This document shows, in pieces, positions 40,630-52,400 of a stretch of 64,000 bases of DNA. The stretch's first letter is position 1. Each line of letters begins with the position of its first letter. The stretch comes from an uncultured virus (IMG/VR IMGVR_UViG_3300008262_000056). Taxonomy: Duplodnaviria; Heunggongvirae; Uroviricota; Caudoviricetes. A program made the translations under genes and the position numbers. The notes beneath the pieces were generated by a model. It was not told the origin of the DNA, did not search any database, and saw nothing but the letters and a program-made list of their open reading frames with translations. The stretch is from the IMG/VR virus record IMGVR_UViG_3300008262_000056; one strand, given 5' to 3'.

Positions 40630-41118
40630 ATGGCTGATTTATTAATGAAAATGCCGATCCCTTACGAACCGAAAAGGGAGAACCGATGGATCTTAAGATT
40701 CCCTTCATCACTTGGAATTAACGAGTGGTATGTGGAAAGTGCGTCAAGACCAAAACTTACGATCAACTCAAAAGAGATCGAATTTTTAAATACTTCAACG
40801 TTTGTTGCTGGTAGATTTAAATGGGATGCAATTTCAGTTAAATTCCGTGACCCTATTGGACCTTCAGCATCACAAGCTATTATGGAGTGGATTCGTTTAT
40901 GTGCTGAGTCGGTAACGGGACGTATGGGTTATGCAGCAGGTTACAAAAAAAATGTTGACCTTGAAATGTTGGATCCAACAGGGGTAGTTGTTGAAAAATG
41001 GATATTAGAAGGAGCATTTCTTTTAGGGTATGATGGAGGTTCTTTAGCTTACAACTCTGATAATATCGCAGGTATCACATGTCAAATGCAAATGGATAGA
41101 TGTATCTTAGTATACTAA
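40630..41118 (+). CDS. gp19: Tail tube protein (T4 gp19-like)
   Basis: EPKRENRW, VAGRFKW and YKKNVDLEMLDPTGVVVEKWILEGAF; 162 aa, downstream of the sheath. Confidence 0.85.
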   Translation: MADLLMKMPIPYEPKRENRWILRFPSSLGINEWYVESASRPKLTINSKEIEFLNTSTFVAGRFKWDAISVKFRDPIGPSASQAIMEWIRLCAESVTGRMGYAAGYKKNVDLEMLDPTGVVVEKWILEGAFLLGYDGGSLAYNSDNIAGITCQMQMDRCILVY

Positions 41119-41140
41119 TCTAAATAATACTAAAACATAT

Positions 41141-41173
41141 AACCGTAGACTTTACAGTTTACGGTTTTTTTTT
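41141..41173 (+). terminator. Intrinsic terminator after the tube gene
   Basis: AACCGTAGAC-TTTACA-GTTTACGGTT followed by a T run. Confidence 0.8.
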
Positions 41174-41200
41174 ATCATTTAAGTTGAAATTATATATAAT

Positions 41201-41971
41201 ATGGAACAAAATGAATATACAGTAGGTCACGGTAATTTGAATTTACCTCATGACGTTATAACTCTACCAACACAGGGGATTTTTTATAAATCAAAAAAGA
41301 AATCAGTTAAAGTGGGTTATTTGACTGCGGTTGATGAAAACATACTTTCAGATTACGATGGAACAAGAAATGTTACTGAGTCAATTATTCTACCATTGTT
41401 AAGGAACAAAGTATATGAAAGAGAAATCAGACCTGAAGAACTTTTAGATGGAGATGTTGAAGCAATCTTGTTGTTCTTAAGAAACACAGCTTTTGGACCT
41501 GAATACAAAGTGACAGTCACAGATCCCGTAACCGAACAAAAATTTACTTCAACAATTAAGTTAGATGAACTTAATTTCAAAAAGACAGAGGTAGAACCTG
41601 ATGAAAACGGACTTTTCAATGTGACATTACCTATGTCAAAAAACAAAGTAACTTTAAAATTATTATCAATATATGATACGTTAGAAATTAACGCAATTTT
41701 AAAATCGTATCCTTCTGACAGAACTGCACCGACAATCACAACTAAGTTGAACAAGCACATTGTAAGTTTAAATGGTGATACGGACAGAATTAAAATTTCA
41801 ACATTTGTTGAAAGTATGCCAATTGCTGATTCTAAATTTATTAGAAGATTTCTAGTTGATAACGAACCAAGATTAGATTTAAGAAAAGAAGTAATAGCCC
41901 CGTCAGGAGAAAGAGTAATGGTCAACATTGCTTTTGGGGTGGAGTTTTTTCGGCCTTTCTTCGCAATATAA
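41201..41971 (+). CDS. Baseplate hub assembly/tail assembly chaperone (T4 gp26-like)
   Basis: ITLPTQGIFY, LTAVDENIL, LLDGDVEAILLFLRN and C-terminal FGVEFFRP; lies between tube and tape measure. Confidence 0.65.
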   Translation: MEQNEYTVGHGNLNLPHDVITLPTQGIFYKSKKKSVKVGYLTAVDENILSDYDGTRNVTESIILPLLRNKVYEREIRPEELLDGDVEAILLFLRNTAFGPEYKVTVTDPVTEQKFTSTIKLDELNFKKTEVEPDENGLFNVTLPMSKNKVTLKLLSIYDTLEINAILKSYPSDRTAPTITTKLNKHIVSLNGDTDRIKISTFVESMPIADSKFIRRFLVDNEPRLDLRKEVIAPSGERVMVNIAFGVEFFRPFFAI

Positions 41972-42104
41972 GATAACCATATTAGATGAGTTTTATTATT
42001 TCTCTAAAATTTTTAGAACACAATATTCTGAGTTTATGTCTATGCCTACATACATAAGAAAATATTTAATTAACAAATATGTTGAAGAAATTGAAAATAA
42101 ATAA
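41949..42104 (+). CDS. Unannotated +1-frame ORF (51 codons), probable frameshift extension of the chaperone
   Basis: FGLSSQYKITILDEFYYFSKIFRTQYSEFMSMPTYIRKYLINKYVEEIENK fills the gap before the tape measure; no upstream ATG in frame. Confidence 0.55.
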   Translation, partial: FGLSSQYKITILDEFYYFSKIFRTQYSEFMSMPTYIRKYLINKYVEEIENK

Positions 42105-42135
42105 AATGATATTTATGAGTAAATAGGTAATTAGA

Positions 42136-43980
42136 ATGAGTGATGAAAAGACATATAGTAAAGAAGAAATTGATAAGTTAGTCAAGGAAGCCTACAAAAA
42201 AGGTAGGAAAGAATCTGGTGATGATGATGGAGACGAAAAACCCGATCTACTTAATTTTGAAAAAGATTATGTAAAAAGTTGGCAAATTGGTCTAAAGGAT
42301 ATTAAAGATATTACTCAAGAAACAATGAAAGCAGTTGCCGATTCTTTTGTTGATCAAAGTTTAGGTGAAAATACTTTTATTAAATTATTAGATCAACAAG
42401 CTACTGAACTTTCTGCACAATTTGGTGTTGGAAAGGGTAGGATGGAGGAATTCCGTCAATCTATCGCAGATGTGTCTCCTGCTCTTATAAGAATGGGTAT
42501 AGACCAAGAAACTGCAATCAAGAACATAGGTAAAATGGGTGAGGCATTGGGATCCGCGGCAAGTTTAGGAAGTGAGGCTATAATTGAACTATCCGCCGCT
42601 TCTAAAGCAACTGGACAAGATGTTGGTGTTTTAACTGGAAAATTCAGAGAAGTCGGTATATCGGTTTATGATGTCGGTGAAAAAATGTTAGAAGTTGCAA
42701 ATTCTGCAAGAGCTGCTGGTGTTTCAGTCGGTGCGGTATCTTCAGCTGTTGCCACAAACATAGGAAAATTAAACGTATATAATTTTGAAGGTGGTATTAA
42801 CGGTCTAACAAAAATGTCTATACAGGCATCTAGACTTGGTGTTGATATGGGTAAAGTATTCAAAATTGCCGATGATTTATTCTCACCTGAAAAAGCGATT
42901 GAGTTATCAGCATCATTACAAAGATTAGGTGTTACATCAAGTGGGTTGTTAGATCCATTAAGAGCGATGGACATGGCTCAAAACGATCCTGAAGCCTTAC
43001 AAAAAGAAATAGTCAATATGTCAAAAGAATTTACCAAGTTCAATGAACAAACAGGTAAATTTGAAATTATGCCAGGGTCAAAACGAAGATTAAGAGAGGT
43101 TGCCGAAGCTATGGGTATGACTGCTGAAGAGTTAGCAGGTATGTCAATAAAAGCTTCTGAGTTCGACAAAAAAATGTCACAAATCAAATTACCAAGTTTT
43201 GCTGAGGGTAATGAAGAAACTAAAGAACTCATTGCTAGTATGGCACAGATGAAGGATGGTGTTGCCACGGTTAATGTAAAAGATGAAAAAACAGGTGAAG
43301 TATTATTAAAACAAGTTGATCAATTAACACCCGAGGATATTGAAAAACTAAAAGAGTCTCAAACAACTCAGGCTCAAACCGTTGAAGAGTTAGCTTATGA
43401 TCAATTAACAGAGTTACAACAGATTAATTATAGTATATCGGGAACAAAGGCTGCAGTTGGGTTTGGGAAAGCTACTTCAGAACCAATCGAAAAACTCTTC
43501 ACAACTATGATGGGTATCAATAAAGATGTTGCCGTGGGCATGAATAGAGGTGTAACGACAAAATCTATTAGAGAACCATTAACACAACTAACCCAACCAA
43601 TTGAAGATGCAATAACCTCATTATTGAAAGAAGATAAAGAAGGTGCGAATTTAGCATTAACTAATTTTTTAACAAACGCCGCTAAAATAGAAGAAGAATC
43701 AAAAGTTAAAATTCAAGCTTCATTTGATGCAACTTTAAAAAGTATTCAGGATACATTTAATAAAGCGTATAATCCACAAAAACCTGCAGAGGGACAAGTA
43801 ATAACCGTTAATTGGAATATTTCAGGTGATCCTAATATTACTAAAAACGTTGATCAAGAAACCGTCAATAAAATGATGATCAAAGGATCGGACACTCCTG
43901 AGGTTAAAGTCAATTTAAATAGTAATTTAAATTCTAAAAACGCACCATCAGCTATGACAGGAGGAAAAAATCAACCTTAA
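42136..43980 (+). CDS. Putative tape measure protein
   Basis: Helical Ala/Gly/Met-rich 614-aa protein after the tube and chaperone. Confidence 0.6.
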   Translation: MSDEKTYSKEEIDKLVKEAYKKGRKESGDDDGDEKPDLLNFEKDYVKSWQIGLKDIKDITQETMKAVADSFVDQSLGENTFIKLLDQQATELSAQFGVGKGRMEEFRQSIADVSPALIRMGIDQETAIKNIGKMGEALGSAASLGSEAIIELSAASKATGQDVGVLTGKFREVGISVYDVGEKMLEVANSARAAGVSVGAVSSAVATNIGKLNVYNFEGGINGLTKMSIQASRLGVDMGKVFKIADDLFSPEKAIELSASLQRLGVTSSGLLDPLRAMDMAQNDPEALQKEIVNMSKEFTKFNEQTGKFEIMPGSKRRLREVAEAMGMTAEELAGMSIKASEFDKKMSQIKLPSFAEGNEETKELIASMAQMKDGVATVNVKDEKTGEVLLKQVDQLTPEDIEKLKESQTTQAQTVEELAYDQLTELQQINYSISGTKAAVGFGKATSEPIEKLFTTMMGINKDVAVGMNRGVTTKSIREPLTQLTQPIEDAITSLLKEDKEGANLALTNFLTNAAKIEEESKVKIQASFDATLKSIQDTFNKAYNPQKPAEGQVITVNWNISGDPNITKNVDQETVNKMMIKGSDTPEVKVNLNSNLNSKNAPSAMTGGKNQP

Positions 43981-44027
43981 TATACTATTCAAAAAAATAG
44001 ACTATAATCTATTTATAAAATAAAAGT

Positions 44028-47000
44028 ATGGCTGAGAGTTTTTTATCTTTTGGTAACTCAGAATTGTTTAGAAAACAGTTATTAGTTAGAAATTTACAAC
44101 CCTATGGAGTACCAGGTGCTTATACATCACCTGGTAACCCTGTAAATTATGAAACAAATTTAACAGTTTCTAATGTGGTAGATTCGCCTAATAATTACGT
44201 TTCAACAAATATATTTGCTTCTGACCTTTATCCTTTAAATGAATATGGACCTGAAGGTGGTTTTGGAAACCCAATTGGTGTTAATCTTACACCGGTTTTA
44301 GAACCAAATCAAGGACCATACTACCCAATTAATGGAGAACAAAGTCAAGGATTGGTACTTGTAAATGAATTCTTTATAGAATCCGCATACGTAACTAACA
44401 GATGGGGACCATCAGGAGGATATAAAGATTTAGTCATTATAACAGATGTTCAACAATCAGGACTTATATACCAACCATATTGGTACCCTGGTTATTATAG
44501 TTATTCTAGTTACTCAACATACGGAATAGTTTTTTCGGACGATCCGTTGGGGTCAAATGGACCTTTATCTGCCGATAGTTATTTGGCAAAAATTGGTGCA
44601 GAACAATTAAAGTTTGCCTTCAATGAAAGAATTGCACAAGAATTAGAACAGGCAACAATTGGTGCTATTAACTTAGATACAATATCTGATCCTTTCTCTG
44701 CGAGTTTATTAGCAACAGGACAACAACCATTCTTTATACGAAATTGGAAAATTACAGTTCCTGAAAATCCCGCTTTGGCTGCGGTATCTTTAGCTAATAG
44801 ATTAACAGGTACTTATTTCCCTGTTTCATTTATCCCTGGTGATTATTTTGATGATGATAATCCTATTAATGGACCACAAAATGCTGCGGCCTTAGGTGTT
44901 GCGAATAATCTAACAGGTGGTTTGTTAGCACCGATATTGAATAAGTATAGAAGTCCATCTGAAGTATTTGTTGCAAATACAGGTAATGGTCAAAGATCTG
45001 CATTATTTTCGGCATTAGATTATAACCTTTATAGACCGGCCTATAATAGAGGTATAGTTGGTGGTCTGATTGCGGGTGCATCGGCAGCAGTAAATAGATT
45101 ATTTGACCAAGACAAAGCTCAATCTTCGGGATATTATGTTGGTAGTGAAAATGCTGAACCATCACAAATTGATGGACCCCCTAATCAATTACCTGTTAAT
45201 CAATTTGGAGTTCAACAACAAACTATAGTTTATGGACCACAAGAGTTAGGTATTTTATATGAAGGTAATGAAAACCAACTTAATTTCGGATTGAAAGGTA
45301 AATCTTATACTGATGGAGGTGGAACATCAGGTCAAATGGTTTGGACTTCACCAAAGTATAAAGGGGATGCTGGTTTCCATGCGACTGTGGGTGGTGGTGC
45401 AGGAAGTTTAGATGACGAGTTTAATCAGATTTCAGGTGATTATTTAAGATATCAATCAATAGATGTTCCTTTCAGACCTGGTTCTATTCTTTATGAGACA
45501 CAAAGATTAGTAGATTCGGCGGATCAAGTACAAGGACAAGCAAGGTTAAAACATGTTGGGACGGCAATCAATCAAGTCTCAAAAGTTTTTAATGATGGTT
45601 ATAAAGAATTAACGAAAGGTTCTAGAGTTTTATCTTATGTTAATCAAGCGGACGGAACTCAAGCAGGATTAGAATATTGTAGAGTGTTCCAAAAAGATAC
45701 TCCATATTACACATATGCTGACTTACAAAAAGTTGACGGTATAACAACTTCAGGTAGAAGATTCGACTATTCAATATTTGATAATACATACAACTTAAAC
45801 ATTGCACCTTTAAGAAATCCGGGCTCAACAAATATTGTTGACGGTAAAGTTAAAAAGTATATGTTCTCAATTGAAAACTTGGCTTGGAGAACTTCAGACA
45901 GACCGGGTTACACTTACGATGATTTACCTGTTTGTGAGAAAGGACCAAATGGAGGAAGAATTATGTGGTTCCCACCATATAATGTTAAGTTTAGTGATGA
46001 CACCAAACCCGATTTTAATGCAACAAGCTTCATAGGCAGACCCGAACCAATTTACACTTATAAGAATACATCCAGAAGTGGACAGATCAGTTGGACCATC
46101 ATTGTGGATAATCCATCCATGATGAACACTATTATTGAAAAACAAATGAAAGGTGCATCAAAAGACAGAATTCAAAGTATAATTGATTCATTCTATGCTG
46201 GTTGTACTAAATATGATATATATGAATTAGGTATTAAATTTAATACTATACCAACAAAAGATTTATACACTTATCAACAAATTTTAAACAACCCAAGACT
46301 AACCACTGAAGAACAAGTAGAAGTTTTACAAAGTATACCTACAAATCAAGAAACTACAAATGCTAATGATGCTTCAGGTGCCGATGGTACTGAAGGAACT
46401 ACAGGTACTGGTAATCAACAAGCCCAAAACATCCAATATGTGGATGCTGATTTAAGTAATTACGTTGGGTATGGTTTTTATTTTGAGAATGATGTTCCTG
46501 GAGGACCTAATGGGACAAAACCTGGAGAAAACAAAGAAGGTGGTACTTCTGCTTACAATTACGATTACTATTATAATCAATATATAGGTTTAGAACCAAC
46601 TTATTTGCAACAAGCACCTCAAACTGTTTATGTTGGTACGGACCAATTTACAAAAGAAGGTATCCCAAACTTCTTCTCAACAGTGGTTACAGGAAACTTT
46701 AACATAATTCAAACCGACTTGATTCAAAAACAATTGAATGAAATTTTAGTTGATAAAAAAGGTAAGGTTGAAATAGAACTCGTTGGGTCGGCATCTGCAC
46801 CACAAAAAGTTTCTTACAACAAAAAATTATCAGAAAGAAGAAATGATTCAGTTAAAAAATGGTTTTTAGCGCAAAAACTTAAAGATGGAAAAACTTTACA
46901 AGAATATCAATCTGCTGGATTTTTTAAGATGACATTAAACGCTAATGGAGAACAACTTGTGATCCCAAAAACCAAAGAAGAAGCCGCAGCCACAACAGGA

Positions 47001-49142
47001 GATACAACCGATATTAGTGTAACAAATGCTCAAGGGGGTAATGTTCTAAATGCTAGTGTTAACTGTACTAAAAATATAACGTTAGTTGCGACAGAGAACC
47101 CAACTTCAGGAGATATTCAAGAATCAAGTAAAGCTCAATGGTATAGTATTCCTGCAATGGCTTGTCGTAGAGTTGCGATCCAAAGGATTAAAGCGGAAAT
47201 TCCAAAAGATGAAACTCCGCAACCAAGTCCTGTACCGCCAAAACCGGTACCAACACCTGTCCCGAACATTCTTACAGGTCAGACTCAAAGTATTAAACCT
47301 GAACCTAAAATTACTATTGAACAAAAAATTAAAGAAGGTATTTCTAAAAAAATATTAAGAAATCTTTTTACTGAGTGTGATTATTTCCAAATCATAAAAG
47401 AAAGTGATCCTATGATATACGATTCTATAAAAGATAGAATTAAATATTTTAGTCCTGCTTTCCACTCGATGACACCTGAAGGTTTAAATGCTCGTTTGAC
47501 TTTCTTACAACAATGTATGAGACCTGGTCAAACAATTCCTGTTATAGGTGCCGACGGTAGACCAAAATATAATGACGCATTAAATACTACATTTGGTGCA
47601 CCACCAATTCTGATTTTAAGATTTGGTGACTTTTATCATACCAAAATAGTGCCGACAAATCTTGGTATTAGTTACGACCCACTTCATTTAGATATAAATC
47701 CTGAAGGGATTGGAGTACAACCAATGTTGGCTAACATATCATTGTCTTTTAATATAATTGGAGGTATGGGTCTTAAAGAACCAGTCCAAGAATTACAAAA
47801 CGCACTTTCTTTCAATTATTATGCTAATACAGAAATTTATGATGAAAGAGCAACCGCAACTGAAGATACGAGTAAGATGGATCAATACGTTGTTCAAAAA
47901 ATAACTTCTGCATTCCCAACTGTAAGTTCACAGGAAGCGGCAAACATAGTTAATAACGTACAACCTAAAAAAGGTGGAAGTACTATGGGTGTAATTGCAA
48001 GTGATACCGATATTGACTATACAACTCTATTAACTTCATTACAAGACGGACTACAAGGATATTTTAAAGCCTATTATGATGCGATTAGTAAAATTAATAC
48101 GGATTATAATTTTGGAGTTTTACAAATTGCATTACAAGATAAATCATATACTGAAGGAGAACTTTCAGAATATACAAATGATAAAGTTAAAACCACACTT
48201 TATGGTAAAAGTAATAATTATCAAGAATATGTTGAGAACTTAATCAAAGAAGTTAAAAAAGACATTGAACAAAATGATGACCCAATTCTTTCTTATTTGA
48301 AGGGAGAAAACCAAATGACAAATAAAATTAAAAGAGAATTAGAAGATAAATTACAAGCGTATGCAACACAAAGACAACAACCAATTTTAGATGTTATAAC
48401 AAACAACACATCAAACATAACAAAAGTTGAAACTGATTTAAATTATTTGTTTAGACAATTAGATGTTGTATCTGATAAATTAGATGGTTATTTAGGATCC
48501 AATAACGAACCAATTGGATATGATCTAAGTGGAGATACTTTCTTTGGGCCAGCAACTACAGATGGAACATTAGCTAATTTATATACCAAAAAAGTACCTG
48601 AAACGATAACCAAGTTTGAAAAACTTTTGGAAAGTTATAAAATAATATCGAAAGATGGATTCTTTAAAAAGAGAACATCAACTATTGAAAATGGGAGTGG
48701 TTGTAAATTTGTGGTAAATAATCAAGGATATTTTGGTTTGAATGGTGATTGTCCTTGGAATAGATTTTATATCGCAATGTCCCCTTTATTTACTAAAGAA
48801 CAATCATATACTGAATTTGTAAATGATTTGGTAAGTGGACCTGAAATAAAAAATAACCCAACTATTATCGACTTAGTAAAAAGGGCGTGTAACAATGTAA
48901 AAGAAGATTACATTCCATTCCAAGAAATATGGACAAAAGTTTTTACTGATATAGAAAAATCACAAGATTATGTTACAGTTACAACATTTAAATTACCCGA
49001 CGGACAAGTGAAGGTGTGTAACTATAAAACACCAATAACCGACAACACAAATCAAAAAAACAAAAAATTAAAAGACCTGTACTCAAGTGTTAACTTGAAC
49101 GACAATAAAAAGACCTTCAATGGTAAAGTAACATTCAATTAA
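44028..49142 (+). CDS. Large baseplate/tube-initiator protein with internal OmpA-C-like domain
   Basis: IGRPEPIYTYKNTSRSGQISW; VGSASAPQKVSYNKKLSERRNDSVKKWF; FGAPPILILRFGDFY. Confidence 0.6.
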   Translation: MAESFLSFGNSELFRKQLLVRNLQPYGVPGAYTSPGNPVNYETNLTVSNVVDSPNNYVSTNIFASDLYPLNEYGPEGGFGNPIGVNLTPVLEPNQGPYYPINGEQSQGLVLVNEFFIESAYVTNRWGPSGGYKDLVIITDVQQSGLIYQPYWYPGYYSYSSYSTYGIVFSDDPLGSNGPLSADSYLAKIGAEQLKFAFNERIAQELEQATIGAINLDTISDPFSASLLATGQQPFFIRNWKITVPENPALAAVSLANRLTGTYFPVSFIPGDYFDDDNPINGPQNAAALGVANNLTGGLLAPILNKYRSPSEVFVANTGNGQRSALFSALDYNLYRPAYNRGIVGGLIAGASAAVNRLFDQDKAQSSGYYVGSENAEPSQIDGPPNQLPVNQFGVQQQTIVYGPQELGILYEGNENQLNFGLKGKSYTDGGGTSGQMVWTSPKYKGDAGFHATVGGGAGSLDDEFNQISGDYLRYQSIDVPFRPGSILYETQRLVDSADQVQGQARLKHVGTAINQVSKVFNDGYKELTKGSRVLSYVNQADGTQAGLEYCRVFQKDTPYYTYADLQKVDGITTSGRRFDYSIFDNTYNLNIAPLRNPGSTNIVDGKVKKYMFSIENLAWRTSDRPGYTYDDLPVCEKGPNGGRIMWFPPYNVKFSDDTKPDFNATSFIGRPEPIYTYKNTSRSGQISWTIIVDNPSMMNTIIEKQMKGASKDRIQSIIDSFYAGCTKYDIYELGIKFNTIPTKDLYTYQQILNNPRLTTEEQVEVLQSIPTNQETTNANDASGADGTEGTTGTGNQQAQNIQYVDADLSNYVGYGFYFENDVPGGPNGTKPGENKEGGTSAYNYDYYYNQYIGLEPTYLQQAPQTVYVGTDQFTKEGIPNFFSTVVTGNFNIIQTDLIQKQLNEILVDKKGKVEIELVGSASAPQKVSYNKKLSERRNDSVKKWFLAQKLKDGKTLQEYQSAGFFKMTLNANGEQLVIPKTKEEAAATTGDTTDISVTNAQGGNVLNASVNCTKNITLVATENPTSGDIQESSKAQWYSIPAMACRRVAIQRIKAEIPKDETPQPSPVPPKPVPTPVPNILTGQTQSIKPEPKITIEQKIKEGISKKILRNLFTECDYFQIIKESDPMIYDSIKDRIKYFSPAFHSMTPEGLNARLTFLQQCMRPGQTIPVIGADGRPKYNDALNTTFGAPPILILRFGDFYHTKIVPTNLGISYDPLHLDINPEGIGVQPMLANISLSFNIIGGMGLKEPVQELQNALSFNYYANTEIYDERATATEDTSKMDQYVVQKITSAFPTVSSQEAANIVNNVQPKKGGSTMGVIASDTDIDYTTLLTSLQDGLQGYFKAYYDAISKINTDYNFGVLQIALQDKSYTEGELSEYTNDKVKTTLYGKSNNYQEYVENLIKEVKKDIEQNDDPILSYLKGENQMTNKIKRELEDKLQAYATQRQQPILDVITNNTSNITKVETDLNYLFRQLDVVSDKLDGYLGSNNEPIGYDLSGDTFFGPATTDGTLANLYTKKVPETITKFEKLLESYKIISKDGFFKKRTSTIENGSGCKFVVNNQGYFGLNGDCPWNRFYIAMSPLFTKEQSYTEFVNDLVSGPEIKNNPTIIDLVKRACNNVKEDYIPFQEIWTKVFTDIEKSQDYVTVTTFKLPDGQVKVCNYKTPITDNTNQKNKKLKDLYSSVNLNDNKKTFNGKVTFN

Positions 49143-49143
49143 A

Positions 49144-49467
49144 ATGCCTTTTCAATATTGGAATAGATATACGAATTTTTTAATCAACGGAGAACAAACT
49201 GTTGTCCCCTTTGTACCAGTACCAGCAAAAACCTCAGATAAAAATTATATTTTTATAATTGGTCAATCAAGATTGGATAAAGCATCACAACAATTTTATG
49301 GATCACCCTACTTTGGATGGTTAATAATGGCGGCGAATCCCCAATATTCAGGAAATGAGTACTCAATACCTGATGGTGCTGTATTGACAATTCCATTTCC
49401 GTTAGTAGCTTCTTTACAAGACTATAAAAACGCATTAGAAAATTACTTCTTCTACTATGGCAGATAA
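49144..49467 (+). CDS. LysM-like baseplate wedge protein (gp53-like)
   Basis: SRLDKASQQFYGSPYFGWLIMAANP...IPDGAVLTIP. Confidence 0.7.
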   Translation: MPFQYWNRYTNFLINGEQTVVPFVPVPAKTSDKNYIFIIGQSRLDKASQQFYGSPYFGWLIMAANPQYSGNEYSIPDGAVLTIPFPLVASLQDYKNALENYFFYYGR

Positions 49468-52400
49468 CGGCGAAAATATATTAGTAGAATTTGACTACGA
49501 TAATATTACTTTAATTGACCCAAATAAATTAATTGACGAACAAGGTAATGTTAAGGACCGACTTGTAAAACAAGAGGACTTAGTTTTCTATGCAAATTTG
49601 GAATGTAATGTTTTACCAAGAACAAAATTAGCGGTAGGGTCTGCGATGAACGATCAACAAAGAACAATCTCTGTTGGTAAGATTAATTTTTTAAATCCTG
49701 GTCATAAAACATTTTTGGATACTGCTTGGTCAGATGAACTAACAGGTAAGGGTACTTTGGAAGGTAAAGGTGTTAACCAACCTAAATTAACCGCAGTTAA
49801 AAACCCAAACAAATCCGACGATTTTTATATAACTCAAAACCTTTGGTCAAATGGAACACCTGGCGCAGTTGATAATGGATTTTTAGGTATTAAAAGTATT
49901 AGATTTTCAATAGGTACAGATTTCTTACCTGTGATTGATATTGAATTAGAGGACGTTAAGGGTAGAGCTTTATTCGAAGGGGGTAATAGTTCACCATACT
50001 CAGCATTTTTTCAGTTACCATATCCACAGTTTACACTAACAATGAAGGGTTATTATGGAAAGGCGGTTAAGTTCCCTATTATGTTACAATCATTCAGTTC
50101 CAAATTCAATCCATCTTCCCATAATTTTGAAATATCATTAAAGTTCTACGGATACAAGTATACTCTATTATCTTACGTGAATTATGGATCACTGATGGCG
50201 GTTCCACACATGTATAATAACGTTGTTAATCAGGCTACCGTATCAAAGACGCAAGGAAGTAACACAAATGAACAATCTGCACAAACACCAACAATTGTTA
50301 GTAGAGGTTATCAAAAAATGAAAGAAATTTATTCTGATTATAAATCAAAAGGATTAATTCCTGATGATTTTCCAGAAATAACTTTGAACCAACTTAATTT
50401 TAGATTACAAAAATTTATTGACGATGTATTAAGTGAGTTTGCAAAAGAAAATCTTGGTGTTCTAACCGAGATGACAAATTATACAAACGCATTAACTTTG
50501 TACCAACAAAAAGTTTATTTGTATGGGTCTTCATGGTTCAATAATTATATGAATGTAAAATCACCCATAGTTTTAAAAAATGGGCAAAATATATATGACT
50601 TCAAACCTGACTTGGACGCTCAAAAACAAGAAACCGCTTTAACGGAACTTGATGGTATTATTAAAGACAATAATGCAAAATTAAACGAAAATAGTATTTT
50701 TGGAACAAACGGATCGTATACTGTTGGAAACAAAACAGTTCAGTCTAAAATATCTGTCCCAATAGAAATGAAGACATTTGCGAAAGGTGAGTTAATAACT
50801 AATGTAGATTTAGAAAAAACTTTCAGAGCATCACCAAACGCACCTAAAGGAACATTGTCACCTTTAAATACACCACAGACCGGATTGACCGCTACAGATT
50901 TGGCATTTGCAACATTTAAAACCAACTTGGAAACTAAATTTAAAGAAACGAATGGACAATTTTTTATTTTTGACGGACCCAATACCTTTATGAGTATTAC
51001 AGATACGGCTGGTAAATCTGCACAAAAGTTTAGAACTCAAATTGAACAACAAATTACAGAAAGTTTAGCATCTAAATTTAATAGTCAGGGTGAAAATAGT
51101 TTAGGATTTATTCCATCCATAAGAAACATATTGGCAATTTTTTATTGTCAAGGTGAGGCATTTTTAAGATTGTTAGATGAGGTTCATAAAAAAGCTTGGG
51201 ACCAAAGAGAAAACCCATATAGAAGGGCTGCTATTTTTGGAAATCAAACAACGGCCCCAAGTGTTGACATTAAAGACTCGACACAAAATAACGAACCAAT
51301 TTATCCTTGGCCACAAGTGATCCAAGAAACCGTTGGGGACGACAATCAAGAAAAGTTTCAAGTAATTTATCCTGGTGCTCAAAATGTTGCAAACTCATAT
51401 AGAGCTTACGATCCTGAAATATGGCCCGAGGTTGAATTTGTTGAACAATTTATTAAAGGGTACACTCAAAGACAAAACGACGCTGATAAAAGAGGTGCTG
51501 AATTTAATGAAATAGATCTACAACCATCTCGAATCTCTTTGAACGGAATTGATTTTCCTGTTTCAAATGAAGTATTTCAGAATAAAGAAGAGTCTAAATA
51601 CTTCTTTGAGATATATGAAAGACTTCTTTTGAATTCATATTACAGTAGACTAAACAGACAATCAGGTTATAATCTATCTATTTATGAAGCTGAAGCTGAT
51701 GATGAAGCTGTAAACATATTAAAAAGTCTTGGTCAAGATAATCCATTCTTATCTAAAACAATTAAAGAATATCTCTTAGATAGTAATAATTATTTACCAT
51801 TCTTAAGACATATATCAAATCAAGGTCAAGGTGAAAGTTGGCAATCATACATAAGAGGTGAGTTTGTTACTAACTATATCAAAAATGATGTAAGGAACCC
51901 AAATGTGTTATATAATGAGGATATTATTGTTTCTACTAAATCTCAACCTAACGTTTCTTTAAGTAACCCAAAAAATTTAACAAATTTAAATAAATACCTT
52001 GCAGGAACTTCAGTTTCTAATGTGTTTGAGTTTGGTGATACATACCCACTCACTGATTTAGATTGGGATAAAAAGAATTTGGCCGATGGTAAATCATTAA
52101 ACAATGCAAACGAAGCATTTGATACAAAAGATGTTTTAAACTACAACCCTATACAATTAACAATAACTAATTTCTTAGATAATACAAACGAAAATCAAAG
52201 GAGACCTTTTACACACTTCAATTTTGTAGACCTAAATGTAACCCCTAATCTTTTAATTCTTAAAAATTTTTATAAAGACAGAGAATACAAAGACCAACTA
52301 GTCACTGAAGGTAATATATCATACTCCAATTATTCAGGAAATGTGTTTTCTGAACAGACAACATCTATGTTGAATACACCTTACTTTATAAACGCAATAC

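Noticed and set aside
41353..41928. Antisense and short nested ORFs (e.g. 41353-41928, 57127-57531, 9140-9526)
   Set aside because: They lie wholly opposite or within better-supported genes and show no recognisable motifs.
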